The translations under genes and the position numbers were made by a program. From Octopus bimaculoides (Eukaryota), in NCBI RefSeq assembly GCF_001194135.2, contig NC_068991.1, forward strand, positions 28,529,683-28,562,323: a stretch of DNA of 32,641 bases. The letters are read 5' to 3'. Shown piece by piece: positions 1 through 12,620 of this stretch. Below the pieces are notes generated by a model. It made no database searches and was not told the origin of the DNA. It saw nothing but the letters and a program-made list of their open reading frames with translations. Numbering within the stretch: the first letter of the stretch is position 1; each line of letters begins with the position of its first letter.

Positions 1-40
<40 letters not shown>

Positions 41-66
41 CACATACACATATATACATTTATATA
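1..66. repeat. (TA)n/(CA)n microsatellite
   Basis: Direct dinucleotide run at window start. Confidence 0.95.
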
Positions 67-427
67 TCAATGTGATTAGTGAAGTAGTGATGGCTGAAAC
101 CCAAAGAAAACTTTGAAATTTCACCAATTTCACTGGATATAAATATTTGGTTTATGGATGATCTATACTTCTGGATACAGATCTAACTCTGGCCACTCAA
201 CGGAATATGCAGCATTATATTGTAGCCAAGTTTTTCAGTCATCAATGTCATCTTTGAGAGAGTGCAATGAAGAATCGATGGAGATCCAAGTTCACATTAA
301 GGGCCAATAAAATAACCAAGCCAACTAAATGGAGGTTGATAGCTATTCATTCTAGTCCTTATATATACATGCCCATACACACACATGTGTATATATATAG
401 TTTATACACTTCCCCTACTCTGCTTAC

Positions 428-494
428 CTCAACAATCTTAAATGCTGGAATATTTCCAAAGGGTTGTCGGAGCTAACTCTAAAACTAGAATAAT
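428..494 (-). CDS. Candidate internal coding exon (67 nt, phase 1 to 2) of an unidentified host gene: xYSSFRVSSDNPLEIFQHLRLL
   Basis: Minus strand: about 200-nt CT tract ending ctctcatcag|AT acceptor, strong donor GAG|GTAAGC at 427, open frame throughout. Protein not recognised. Confidence 0.45.
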
Positions 495-496
495 CT

Positions 497-700
497 GATG
501 AGAGAGAGAGAGGAGGGAGAAAGAGAAAAAGAGAGAAGAAAGACAGAGAAAGAGAAAGAAGGAAGGAGAGAGAGAAGGAAGGAGAGAGAGAGGGGGAAGG
601 AGAGAGAGGGGGAAGGAGGAAAGGTGGGAGAGTGCAAGATGAAGAGCAATTGAGGAGAGAGAAAGAAGGAAAATGTGAAAGAGTAAGAAGAGTAAAGAAG
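497..700. repeat. GA-rich polypurine/polypyrimidine tract
   Basis: Degenerate (GA)n/(GGA)n/(GAA)n; pyrimidine-rich on the minus strand directly upstream of the candidate exon. Confidence 0.9.
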
Positions 701-1039
701 AAATTACTGCTGCTGAAACAATCCCAGAGCGAATAATGCTATTTCCATTAATCAAAAGATTGATTCTACAGATTTGAATATAAAAAAAAATTGGAACAAA
801 GCTAAAAAAATAAATTAGGAAACGTGTGTGTGTGTGTGTGTATGTGTGTGTATGGGTATTTGCACAGACACACTAGAATAATCATACAAGCATTTTGCAG
901 TTGTATCAAGATATATTTTTGTGCAAAGTGATTAACAAGAGGGTTCAATAAAAGGATATATTATTGTTCTAAATGTGAAACAAATCACATTTAGAGCAAT
1001 ACATGCAACGATATATAAATATATCTAGTAATAATGGCT

Positions 1040-1247
1040 TCAGAATTTAGCACAAGGCCAGCAATGTCGAGGAGTGGCTAAGTCGATTACATTAACCCCA
1101 GTATTCAAATGGTTCTTATTTTATCAACCCTGAAAGGATGAGACAAAATTAACTTCAATGGAATTTGAACTCAGAATGTAAAGATAGATGAAATGCCACT
1201 AAGCATTTTACCCAGCATGCTAATGATTCTGCCAGCTCACCACCTTA
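1040..1247 (-). mobile_element. tRNA-derived SINE family A (CpG-decayed copy)
   Basis: Reverse complement aaggtggtgagctggcagaatcattagc...gagttcaaattcc (B-box); homologous to 23539-23768 and 31085-31259. Confidence 0.8.
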
Positions 1248-1287
1248 ATATAACTAATAATAATAATAACAATAATCTATATATTCA

Positions 1288-1715
1288 TTCATTTCATGTT
1301 AATGTCCACTTTTCCATGCTTGCATGGGTCACACAGAATTTATTGACACAGATTTTCTATGGCTGGATGCCCTTCCTGTCAAGAACCTTCACCTGTTTCC
1401 AAGGAAGGTAATATTTTCCCATGACCAGATGTTCTCGCAGTACATTGGAAATGAATGTCAGAGCTTACATGAAAGTGACAATTGTTTAGAACTACACAGA
1501 ATGTCAAGACAAGACACGAACACACAAACACTCCACATATATACATATATTATACACACAACAGGCTTCTTTTAGTTTCTCTCAACCAAATTCACTCATA
1601 AGGATTCAGTCAGCCTGGAGATATGGTAGAAAACACTTGCCCATGGTGCCATGCAGTGGGGACTGAACATACAACCATATGGTTAGGAAGCAAACTTCTT
1701 ACCACACAATCACAT
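1288..1715 (-). mobile_element. Composite SINE family B: tRNA-like head + microsatellite + RTE-like 3' tail
   Basis: Head (1560-1715) matches 30690-30840 and 31995-32140; tail tttccatgcttgcatggg...ctggatgcccttcc matches RTE 3' end at 19190-19335. Confidence 0.75.
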
Positions 1716-1789
1716 TTGCACATATATGTGTGCGTGTGTACGCAAAAGTTTTGACTACCAGTGGTGTTCTGTCACTTCTGTCAACAAAT

Positions 1790-1945
1790 TTTCTGCTCAC
1801 ATCATGCCTTTGAAGTAATAGATCCCTTACTTGAGAAACAGGTAAGAGTTAGTAGCAGGAAGGACATCCAGCTGTAAAACAATGTTTCATTAATATATTT
1901 GCCTAACTCATACTAGTATGGAAAACAAATGTAAAACAAACAGAA
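1790..1945 (+). mobile_element. SINE B tail fragment
   Basis: aggaaggacatccagctgtaaaac...tagtatggaaaac, inverse of the 1288-1400 tail. Confidence 0.55.
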
Positions 1946-2667
1946 ATATATGCATGCACAAACACACGTGCGAGCACACACACATGTATGTATGTATGCA
2001 TGTATGCATGCATGCATTTCAATACATGGCTTGATTTTATTTTCAAGTGTCTGTTCATAGAAGCTGTAAAGTGGTAGGTAGAGGACATTCTAGAAAATTT
2101 AGTTCTTTCATTGACTTTTTTTCTACTCTGTCTTCGAAACAGAAAGTGATGTGACAGACAAACAACAAATGTTTTTTAAAAAAAATAAAATAAAATGAAA
2201 TAAAAAATTATTTGATTTCAAAGAGAACTGTGGGAGGTGAGAGAGAGACGAGGTGGGAGGGAGATCATTATATAGATTTTTAAGAAAATAATGTACAGCT
2301 AACAAACTGCAAAAGAAGAGAAAAAGTGGTATTTTATGTTTCATTGTTAGATAAATGAGAGATTTGTGGTTGCTGTTCCAAAGAATCATCTCTATAAAAT
2401 TACTGCAAAGATTTCTTTGCATCTTAAAGACTGTCTCTGGTGAAGAATGTGGGAGGAAATTGAACAGTTACAGAAAACAGACTTTAAGCTGACTAACACA
2501 CAGCATCACAGCATCACACAAATATTGAAATTTTGAAAAGTCAGTTAAGATTAAAGTATTTATTTAGTCCAGCAGAGAGGAACCTGCTACAGCTTTTCAG
2601 GTCCTTAAGTGCTTTGTGACCTTCTGGAAGAAGTCTAGATATTGCACTAAGAAGTACAATCATATTT

Positions 2668-2924
2668 ATCATCATCATCATTTAAATGATGATGCATTTT
2701 TCCATGCTTGCATGGGTCAAACAGAGGTAGGTTTCCTGCAGCTGGATGCCCTTCTTGTCAGCAACTTTCATCTGTTTACAAGCAAGGTAATAATTCCCCT
2801 TGGTCAGATATGTTTTTACAGAACACTGGAAATGAATAGAATAACATTCCTTGTGTGACACTGACACTCATTTGCAACTATTACATGATGTCAAGGCAAA
2901 GACAGACAGACAGACAGACAGACA

Positions 2925-2970
<46 letters not shown>

Positions 2971-3045
2971 ATGGATTTCTTTCAGTTGCCATCTATCAAA
3001 TCAACACAAAAAGCTTTGATTGGCCATGGCTATAGCACAGGTGTT
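2668..3045 (-). mobile_element. Composite SINE family B copy with truncated head and (GACA)n(CA)n core
   Basis: Colinear with 1288-1620: catcat tail, ctggatgccctt, tttcagttgccatctatcaaatc. Confidence 0.75.
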
Positions 3046-3778
3046 AGGGATCTTTGTTAGCCAATTACCCCAAAATATATTTATTTACAGTGACATTACC
3101 TTGATTTGAAATGAAGAAAATCATAGATTTTTTTTTTATTCAAAAGGTTTATTGAATCTATTTATATGGAGAACACAATTATAAATACAAAAAGAATAAA
3201 ACAAACATAATAAAATAAATTAATATCCTCATTATGAAACAAAAAAATTTTTCTAGAAATTTTTTCACTTCAGGTTTTGGAGAAATGATGTGGTTTCATT
3301 TTTGTTGGGCATTTTGATGCCAGTGCAATTTGGATACAGTCTTTGGGGTCCAATCAATTTTGTTAAAGGGTTGAATTGAATAACTACTTAAATCTACTTA
3401 AATAAAACAAAAACACACGTCAAACAACTGACAAATAATATCTGTTTAGTCACTAGACAATGCCTTAGCAACCAAATTGTTTGTAGTTCAAAATGGTGTG
3501 ATGTCTAAACACATCCATTACAATGGACAGATGCAGTGTTGCCAGAAGAAAAATTTCTGCCATAGCAAGGAACACATTTTTTTATACAATTTTAGTTATG
3601 TGTAATGAGTCTTCATTACCTTCAAAGATTTTATTTTTACCTCGTTGGGGTAATTTACCCTGGTTTGCCGACCCCTGCTACAGCAGAAAACATTTGTTTA
3701 AGCAGTGAACCTGAAACCACATGGTTGAGAAGCAAATTCTCCTCGACATAGGCATACCTGCACCAACTATTACATTTA

Positions 3779-3978
3779 TTCATCATCATCATCATCATTT
3801 AACATCCGTTTTCCATGGTGGCAAAGGTTGGATGGTTTTGACAGAAGCTGATGCAGCTGAAGAGCTGCCCGGGCTCCATATCTGTATTTGCATGGTTTCT
3901 GTGATTCGATACCCTTCTTAATGCCAACCACTTTTGCAGAGTGTACTGGGTGCCTTTACCCAGCACCAGCATGAGTGC
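3779..3978 (-). mobile_element. 5'-truncated RTE LINE 3' end with (GAT)n tail
   Basis: (cat)n tttaacatccgttttccatgg...aatgccaaccac matches reverse of 19190-19339. Confidence 0.8.
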
Positions 3979-5049
3979 TTTAAAATGGCAAATTCTTAAA
4001 GAAGTTGTTTTACATTTTTACTCAGTTCTTAAAAATGGTTAGTCTTACTCTAATACTTATAATTACATTTTCACAATATATATATTCAAAGTTTGCTGCA
4101 TATTTAATAGAATTTTCTTTCATTCAACAGTCATAAGAGGGTTTTTCATGGTTGATTTGAGGTGATGACAGGTTGAGCTGATTAATGAATGAAAAGGTGT
4201 TTCTTGGACTGTGTGAAGAAGTAAGTGACAACATTTATGAATAATTAACCGATTTTATTATTGCACATAAGAGTTTAACTGTGCTGGTCATTTTACAAAT
4301 AATAAAAACAATAATTACAGACTAGGAAAGACATATTGCTCAGAGTTTACAGCAAGCTTACAGATACTGCATTCTGTAGTCGGCCCATCATAACTGGAAA
4401 CAATTGTGGTGGTGGAGATTCCTGTCAACTATCTGCCATCTGTCTTAACCACCTGGCTGTAGCAAGAACAAAACACAATGAACAGCTGCCTCAACATTCC
4501 GAAATTTATTTTAGCTGTCTCTGTGGGCCATCTGGCTAGAGTGGAGACACATATCACTCAGCTGTCTTCCAACACTCTGCAAAGAGTTCAGGCACCAACA
4601 ATGGTTTTATACAGAGTACAGGTAACAGATACAAGAAAATTGAATTATGCTGATTATGCATAACAGACCACATGAAACTACTGTGGTTTGCTCATGATGT
4701 CTGACTAGCTACCTAGTAGTTCACTTTCAAATAAGCATGCACTAATTCAATGACACCTTCAGTAGTCACTGAAACATATTTCACAACTGTTCATTTCTTT
4801 ATTTTCATGATTTACTTGGAAAATTGAAGATATTTTCCAAGAATTGCTGGAGCAGGCAAACATTCTCCAGTTCAGTTGAGAAGCACTATGAATATATCTA
4901 TAACTATAATACAACTGATGTTGTATCAAGCAGACTGAGGATCAAAAATGCACTCCTTACCCAGAGATGTACAATGTATGTTTACACTAAAGAACAGATC
5001 GTTCGTAACATAAGACCCATGTCTGTAGAAACCATTTTATGTTCTGTAC

Positions 5050-5490
5050 CATAGAGTATCTTTGAAGATCTGCAAAAGTTGTTCTCTAGAATTCATAGTA
5101 TGAAAGAAAACTGAGAAAGAACTCATTTCTTCTCTGACAAAAGTACCTCACAGAAATCACTAAAATTTTCTTCTCATGGAACACTTATTCCACATAGATA
5201 TCCTGGACCACATCCAGAGAAGGGCCACTTAAATGAGTGGCATTAAATCACTAACAAATACACTTCATCCTCTGTCCTACAAATGTGCGCTCTCCTTTCT
5301 CTCTCTGTCTTTACTGTCACTACTTTAATGGCATCTGTTCTTCAGAACTGGCTGGTCTCATACCTCCTCTAGCCCCTGCCCACTTGCCTTTCCACCTCCA
5401 GTCACCCTTGTTTCATCTATGATCCCAGACAAACCATTATGCCCAATCTTTCTACCCTAGAACATGCCTTTGTGTCTACCAAAACTTTTC
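5050..5490 (+). mobile_element. Old decayed CR1/Jockey-group LINE ORF2 C-terminus
   Basis: Frameshifted motifs HIDILDHIQRRAT (about 5192-5230), LHPLS, YCHYFNGICSSELAGLIPP and TNHYAQSFYPRT, typical of the post-RT region; may extend upstream to about 4340. Confidence 0.7.
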
Positions 5491-5673
5491 TACAAATTGT
5501 ACCTAACTGTACCAAAGCTATTTCCAAAGAATTTCTTGTTCCACAAACAACAATCCCATTTTCTGTTGTGTCAGTGATTTGAGAAAGAACAGAAATTGTT
5601 GATAAAGACATGAAATGATAAGCAGCAGAATTTCTGGAAATTCTATGTTTTGAAAATGATTATATTTCTATTT

Positions 5674-5860
5674 CATCATCATCATCATCATCATCATCAT
5701 TTGATGTTCATTTGCTATGATGGCATAAGATGGATGGTTTGATAGGATCTGGCAAGTTGCATGCATGCACCAAACTCCAATATCAGCTTTGGCTAGATGC
5801 CCTTACTAATGCCAACCATCTTACAGTGTGTAATGGGTCTTTGTCATGCCATTGGCACTA
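5674..5860 (-). mobile_element. RTE 3' end fragment
   Basis: (cat)n then ctagatgcccttactaatgccaaccatc. Confidence 0.75.
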
Positions 5861-6374
5861 AAGAGGTTCCCAAATAAGTTGTAAAACAAAAACAGTAAAT
5901 GGAAAAGCCCCCATGACCAAGTGGGGAGGTGAGTTTATGCCAGATGCTGAGAGGCTAAAGCACGATAAGAGTGACAAGCACCAGTGTCTTAGATCTTCAA
6001 AGCATTGACGTCAATATATTTTTGATGTCATTCCATAGGTAGATGTAACATTCAAACCCATATCATGACAAGCAAAATAATTCTATTGATAGATAGTTGG
6101 GTTACAAAGATGCATCTTGTTTATAGACTCCAATACAATGCCAAGAAAGTAATTTATATATTGGTATTTTGGTCAGGGTTCCAACTTCTACGTACAAACT
6201 GGCCCATTAATGACCAGAAGAAATATAACAAGAGACATGTCTAAAAATAAAACAAGATTCCAAACTGAGAGTGAAAGAGAATGAAAGAAAGGAGAAACTG
6301 AAAATAAACACACAAACACACAACTGAGGAAGGTTCCAATTCTGTCACTCTATAACTGATACAGTTCTTTAGCC

Positions 6375-6530
6375 TCAGATCAGCCCTGATCCAGCAAAAT
6401 TATGACCAAATGAATCACAGCAATGACCAAGTTATCCTTTTGTATATCAGGGACTACAATGTCCAATGTGTCCTTCCTTTTCTTTAAGAAGGTAACGTGT
6501 GATCTGATTTAGCTGATATTTCTAGCACCC
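6375..6530. repeat. Unclassified dispersed repeat, also at about 26660-26830 and 27175-27330
   Basis: Shared tatgacca...tgtgtccttcc...tatttctagca segments. Confidence 0.5.
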
Positions 6531-6984
6531 CTGCCCACACCACCAACACCACCTGCTTCTAAAAGAACAAACAATTGTCATAACCAGTACTGTGCATAGT
6601 TCTCATTATCCTAGTTAATTTACATGTTAATAGGTCCCATAGTGAAGTACAACCTCTTACTGTAGGCAGCAGTGTCACAACTGACTGACAAACAGATTCG
6701 TTATCTTAAAAGTACTGGCGTCAAATACTGCCAAATCTACTCCTTCTATAGATGTGCGTGGGTGTGTGCATGTATGCATATACGTATGTATATATGTATG
6801 TGTGTACATATGCATGTATGTGTGTGCATATGCATGTATGTGCGTGTGAATGAGCAGAACTGAAATAAAGACTTGCTTACTAAAATGAAATGCACACACA
6901 CTTTAAGGTGGTTTTCAGGGATAGATTATGTGAGAACAATGTAATATAACAGTAGTGTTGTTAATGTAAAATGTCATCTGTAGC

Positions 6985-7045
<61 letters not shown>

Positions 7046-7266
7046 CACAACACAACACACACTCACAGCTGACTACCTTCCTTCCACTTAATCTGTAATC
7101 CTTTAGTTTCCCTCACTAACCTACATCTGTGTAAACCCACCCTCACCACTTCATACCCTCTGTCTATTTTACCCACCTCCACACCAACCATTCTCCCACT
7201 CTTTAATTCATTTCTGTGTTGGGTCCCTCTCCTCCACCCATTTTACACACACACACNNNNNNNNNN

Positions 7267-7312
<46 letters not shown>
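6985..7312. repeat. (CA)n microsatellites flanking a C/T-rich spacer, includes 10-N gap
   Basis: Direct. Confidence 0.9.
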
Positions 7313-7316
<4 letters not shown>

Positions 7317-7449
7317 TTAGACTATCATGGAAAAGTGAGTAAAGGAACTTGCTCAATAATATCCTGACTAAAATCTACAGACATGAACAAAGAGAAGTAG
7401 CAGGTGACAATACATTTAGTGAAAGCAAACAAACATGAAAGGAGAGAAA

Positions 7450-7770
7450 AAAGGGACTTTACACATACATAGTCTGTGCGCGCACACACATACATACTGC
7501 AATACATGTACATACACACAGACACACAACAAATGCACACAGCAATACATGTACAGACACACAGCAATATGTGTAGACACAAACACGCAATATATGTATA
7601 CACACAGAGACATAATAATATGTACAGAAATGTACACACATAGACAAAGAACATGCATGCATGCACACACACAAAATAATACATGCAGACAAGCACACAC
7701 ACACAGTAACACATGCAAACTAGACACACACAGTAATACATATAGGCACACACACACACACACAGTAGTA
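7450..7770. repeat. Degenerate CA/TA-rich low-complexity tract
   Basis: Source of the spurious HT/CV-rich ORFs. Confidence 0.85.
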
Positions 7771-8029
7771 TATAAAAATCACAGAGAGGTAAAAAGAATT
7801 TTGAATGCTACTGAAGACTTCATTCAGTCTGCACCAACCTGGTTTCCCAGTTACTCTCCAGAATAAATATTAATTAGCTTGTTCAACCTAACTGAGATGT
7901 GTTATGTAGAACACCGTACACTGCAGTAAACATCCCAAGAAATTATTCATGTAGACAACAAATGCTAAAAAATACAGACTTTGTCAGATGATGAGGACAG
8001 CTGCATAAAGAAGTGCTGATCTCTAATTG

Positions 8030-8436
8030 TGGAGAGAACTTATAGAATGGATAGACCCAGGATGACGTAGGATGAAATGGTGAAAAAGGATCTTCAGATG
8101 CTGGGTATCATTGAGGAGATAACAAGGGACTAAGACTTCTGGCGATTTGCTGTACTTGACAAGAAATGTCGAGCTAATAAAATCATGGCCATCCATACAT
8201 ACAGGCATGAGCTGAAAGGTCTTTGTCTTGCAAGTGCCAGTACCATGTAAAATGCACTCATACTGATAGCACATTAAAAGCACCCAGCATACTCTGTAAA
8301 GTGGTTGGTATTAGGAAGGGCATCCAACTATAGAAACCATGCCAAAACAGACAATTGGACAGCTCTCTGACTGGCCAACTCCTGTCAACCCATCTAGCCC
8401 ATTCCAGCATGGAAAATAGACATTAAACAATGTTGA
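8030..8436 (+). mobile_element. RTE LINE 3' end (decayed RPRxTWDE..K.DL..LG...DFWRFAVL) plus 3' UTR
   Basis: Homologous to 18650-19339. Confidence 0.8.
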
Positions 8437-8710
8437 TAATAAAATTTTATCAGTATTACAGGGTGGCACTATTGTAATATGTGATTTTACAGTAAACTGC
8501 AATTCACCAACAACAGGCAGCCAAACACTGAATGTCAGATCGAAAAATCAGTCAAACTGCTGTAGTTTAACACTGGCTAAACAGTCGTTCATGTTGCAAA
8601 TGGCTGGCGGGCTGTGTATAAATTAGCTACTAGCAACAGAAGCTGCCTTTGTCATAAATATTAATTAGAATGAAGTTTTATATGCACAATGTCAATAGTC
8701 CAGAAACAAC

Positions 8711-8858
8711 ATCATCACTTAACATTCGTTTTCCATGCTGGCATAGGTTGGACAGTTTGACAGTAGCTGGTTAGCCAGGGAGCTGACCAGACTCCAACTG
8801 TCTGTTTTGGTATGGTTTCTACAGCTGGATACCCTTCCTAATATCAACCACTTTACAG
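8711..8858 (-). mobile_element. RTE 3' end fragment
   Basis: ttaacattcgttttccatgctggcat...ctggatacccttcctaatatcaaccac. Confidence 0.8.
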
Positions 8859-9861
8859 GGAACTTTTTGAATAAATTTCAAGAGAAGCTGTTTCTTTGAA
8901 AACTGATTTTTCATTATTTTAGATAAAACTTCCTCCAAAAAAAAAAAAACATTTGCTTGTGGCCTGTTTTACAATAAATGTAACAACTTAAAATAATTTA
9001 CAAATTGTCTAAAGACCAAATCCATAGAACAAATATACAGGGAATTTTCACTACCTTTGTGGAGTCTGTGGAAACAAAATTTGCTCCCAACCTCCCTCAA
9101 AAAATTCATGGAACCAGAGGGACTAGAAATATGAAATTTTGACAGTCTTGTTATTCTAGAAGAACAATATGTCTAACTTGAAGGAAAATCTAAGAGGACT
9201 GACAAGAAGAATATGCTGATTTCACACAGAATGACCCATATTCATAATATACGTAGCCACATACGCACACAACATACATTAATAGGTACAGTCATATGTA
9301 CACATACAAGTTGTAAGTGTAAACACATATAAACAGTAATCTATGCAGCTACACACACAGTACTATACCAACTTCACTACAAAATCTTACAGAATATGTA
9401 TATATTATTCTTTCCTCTGTCACTCTCTTGTTCTAGTTCTCTTCCCATCTAGTAGTGAGGAAAATAAAGAAATGGATGGGGACAAAAGAGGATGTTTTGC
9501 CAAGAGGAGGCAAGACAACCTGTCAAGTATAAGTAACATAAAATGTACATTGTATTCTCTGTAAAGTGGTTGGCAAAAAGAAGGGTATCCAACCATAGAA
9601 AAAAATACTAAAAAAATAATCTATTAGCAAGACATTCACTGAACTCTCCAGAAACACCAAATACAAAAAATGGCTCTAACTCCACAGGCAGGTGTTTCTT
9701 TTTAAGAACTTAAAGCTGGCTACACATTCTGAGCTAAGCATCATACATGTGAATTCCTGTCTTCTCAATGAATAAACACTTTCAGTTCCATATTTAAGAG
9801 ATGAGGAATTATGTACATTATTTACATTAGACGGATATTTGTCCTCATCCTCTTTGTTGTT

Positions 9862-9907
9862 AACAGAGCATTTCGGCTGATATACCCTCCAGCCTTCATC
9901 AGGTGTC
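9862..9907 (-). ncRNA. Degenerate minimal type I hammerhead ribozyme (Penelope-like pLTR)
   Basis: gacac CTGATGA a ggctg[10 nt]cagcc GAAA tgct ctgtt; core and helix II intact, helix III mutated. Confidence 0.55.
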
Positions 9908-9951
9908 TTGGGGAAATTTTGAACCTGGGTATATCAGCTGAAACGTTTGTT

Positions 9952-10378
9952 GCTATACTGTGCTTGAGAAGACCTGTCAAGCCAAGTAAAATCATAGTTG
10001 TGGCAATTGTTGGCATCACGTAACTGGCACGCAAAGAGCACCTTTCGAGTGTTGGGCCTCACAGAGGCAACAACAAATGACCGAGACCTTTGGCAATATG
10101 TTGTGCTTGAGAAGAAAACTCATCAAGCCAAATGAAATCATAGTCATGGCAGATACTGGTGTCATGTAACTGGCACCCATGCCAGTAGCACATAAATGTC
10201 GGTTGCACACAAAAGCACCCATTACACTCTCAGAGTGGTTGGCATTAGGAAAGGCATCCGGTCATAGAAACCATGTCAAATCAGACTGGAGTCTGACACA
10301 ACTCCTCAGCTTACCAGTCCTGGTCAAACCATCCAACCCATGCCAGCAGGCACAACAGACACTAAATGATGATGATGA
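9952..10378 (+). mobile_element. RTE 3' end with internal tandem duplication
   Basis: gtgcttgagaag...aagccaa...aaatcatag occurs twice; ends gatgatgatg. Confidence 0.8.
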
Positions 10379-11042
10379 ATATATATATGTTATTAAAGTG
10401 TCAACCATTTTAAGACATTGCTTTAATATTGGGTATATATTTTTGTCATACTGGTTAATAACAGGTAATGTAACATAGGTACAATAATTGTAATCTTGCT
10501 TTTATTTTCAAATACCATGGTGTCTATGCAGTTTAATTGAATTATTTTAGAAAATAAAAGTTATGAACTTAAAATAAGATTTAATAAAACTAATTTCTCG
10601 TTTGTATATTTGCAATAAATGTGCTATCAATAAAAATAATTACATTTAACAAATATTCTAAAAATGGAATGTGGGAGAAAAAATTTTACAAAAAAACTAT
10701 AAAATCTTTTACTTGAGCTATGTTTTCCATATGTAAATGAAAATATTGAAACCATTTTATACTGACTCAGTTTCCTTTGTTTTGTTATTTCAGGAAACAG
10801 TGATTTGAGTAACTTTACACATACATTGTTTCGGTCAACATATGGCCCAAGTTTGTTTAGAGTGTGGTATGTAGCATTTTTGAAATTTTAATTTTTGTTG
10901 ATACTGTAATTCATTGGTGCAGAAAATATTAATAAAATGAGGTCCTATTTAATCTTTGGTTTTTCTTGCATAGCATTGATCTATTAAGCAATTTACAAAA
11001 ACAAATTATATATGCAGTATACAAAAATATTTGGCAGACTTC

Positions 11043-11593
11043 TGGTTTAAGCACCCCATATAACACCTCGTAACTTTTTTTGGGGTGGCGGGGGTTGTAA
11101 TTTTCAGAAAATTTTTGCAAACTTGTATTCTACACATGGGAATTCGTACAATTATGCACAATTTTTTGTGTGTATGTGTGTGCATGCACATGCGTGCATA
11201 CACGACTTAAGGTGATTTAGTTGTTATTTTTTAGCACATCCCACAACTCCTGATATCCTCCTTGTTCCTTTATCACTTTAACATGTATTGACGTTTTACA
11301 ATATTTTTCTCCCCATAAACACATTTAATGGAATGATGATGCATCAAAGGGTGGTCCATGGCTGGGATTTAAGCAAAAAATTCAGGCTGTCCGTATCTTA
11401 AACTCTGATTTTTTTTTAAAAATTGGAAAACAGGAAATTTTAGGATTTATGAGATGTCTTAAAGAATTTTTTAAAAAAATTTTTTTTTGATAACCATATA
11501 AATTTTCATGTGTAGAACACAAGTTTGTAAAACTTTTCTTAACATTCCAAAAAACAACAAAGTTATGAGGTGTTATATGGGATACTTAAACCA
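11043..11593. mobile_element. Old foldback/MITE-like element with about 90-bp degenerate inverted arms
   Basis: 11043-11138 (tggtttaagcaccccatataacacctc...ttctacacatg) is inverse of 11507-11593. Confidence 0.65.
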
Positions 11594-11868
11594 AAATTTC
11601 ATCCAGTACTTATGTCATTTACTCTTTTGGTCACATGATACATAAAACTCTTACACCATCATTCCTTGTATTGCCCACACTAACTACTTTATCTCCTACT
11701 ATCATAACAAACTAATTGTTTTGAAAGAGCAGAACCTATATTTCTAATGACAAAGAAATTAGCTGGTATTGAAAAGGGTTACGGAATCTTAGGAAAAAAT
11801 GCATAAAAAGTTCAATTATTTAAGTGCTCCATATAAGAAATTACAATAGCTTTAATCTGTTTATTTAA

Positions 11869-12077
11869 CCCTTCAATATTCAAACTGACCCTATCTGGCC
11901 TGAATATTCTAACTTATGTCCAAACTGCCCAGGTATGACCTCTCACACCTATCCTACAATGTCATTCTAAAAATAAACAATCACCATATTAAAATCACAA
12001 AGCTACAAGATAATGCATGGTTAATTTAAAACATGAATAAATATTACATTTGCCAGAATAATCTGAATGCTAAAGGG
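11869..12077. mobile_element. piggyBac-type MITE (209 bp)
   Basis: TTAA|CCCTT...GCTAAAGGG|TTAA; internally homologous to 28356-28565. Confidence 0.75.
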
Positions 12078-12439
12078 TTAAAATAAGAGCTTATTTCAGG
12101 GGTAACATTGTAATTTTATTTGAGAAATATATTAAGATTTTGGACTCCAACTCCTCCTTTGCCCTCAACCCCTACATTAATTCTATTTCTCTTTCAATGT
12201 GTGCATGCATACTAAGATACTTGTGCACAACACGGTTGACTAGCAGTTAAAATGACAGTCCATCAATCAATCAACCAGTCTCTCTCTCTCTCTCTGAAGA
12301 CATATATATATTCATTATACAAATCAAATGTACAATAGTGTATTATCCAACTGAGTAGGTGTGTGTGTGTGTGTAAACATACATATACACACACACACAC
12401 ACAAACATTTATACATATATACACACATTATATACTTTA

Positions 12440-12620
12440 TACATAGGTAATGAGAAAGCAATGAACAAAAACAAAAAGGAAAAATACAACAAAGGAGGAA
12501 CACGTTTCAGCTGTATTAGTTTAAAGCTAAAAGGAAAGAGATAGTCTTAGCATTTTGGACACTAGCCCTGCATCAGGGGAAAAGTAAAGGAGAGGAGTGT
12601 GAAAAAAGAAAATTGTTTAA
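12440..12620 (-). mobile_element. Diverged Penelope-like pseudo-LTR with broken hammerhead
   Basis: CTGATGC a ggg ctagtg tcc AAAA tgct aagact...aaactaatac parallels 14475-14537 and 32572-32641. Confidence 0.5.

Noticed and set aside
4336-4663. Possible exon (4515-4621) or piggyBac transposase/RT motifs (RPII, WWW, YADY)
   Set aside because: Motifs fall in different frames and are weak; more likely the decayed upstream part of the LINE at 5050-5490, but not supportable
6662-6745. Exon-like stretch EGVDLAVFDASTFKITNLFVSQL with GTAAG donor (minus)
   Set aside because: All three frames hit a stop before that donor
9040-9130. CGVC zinc-finger-like peptide
   Set aside because: Short, stop-bounded, no partner ligands or splice donor
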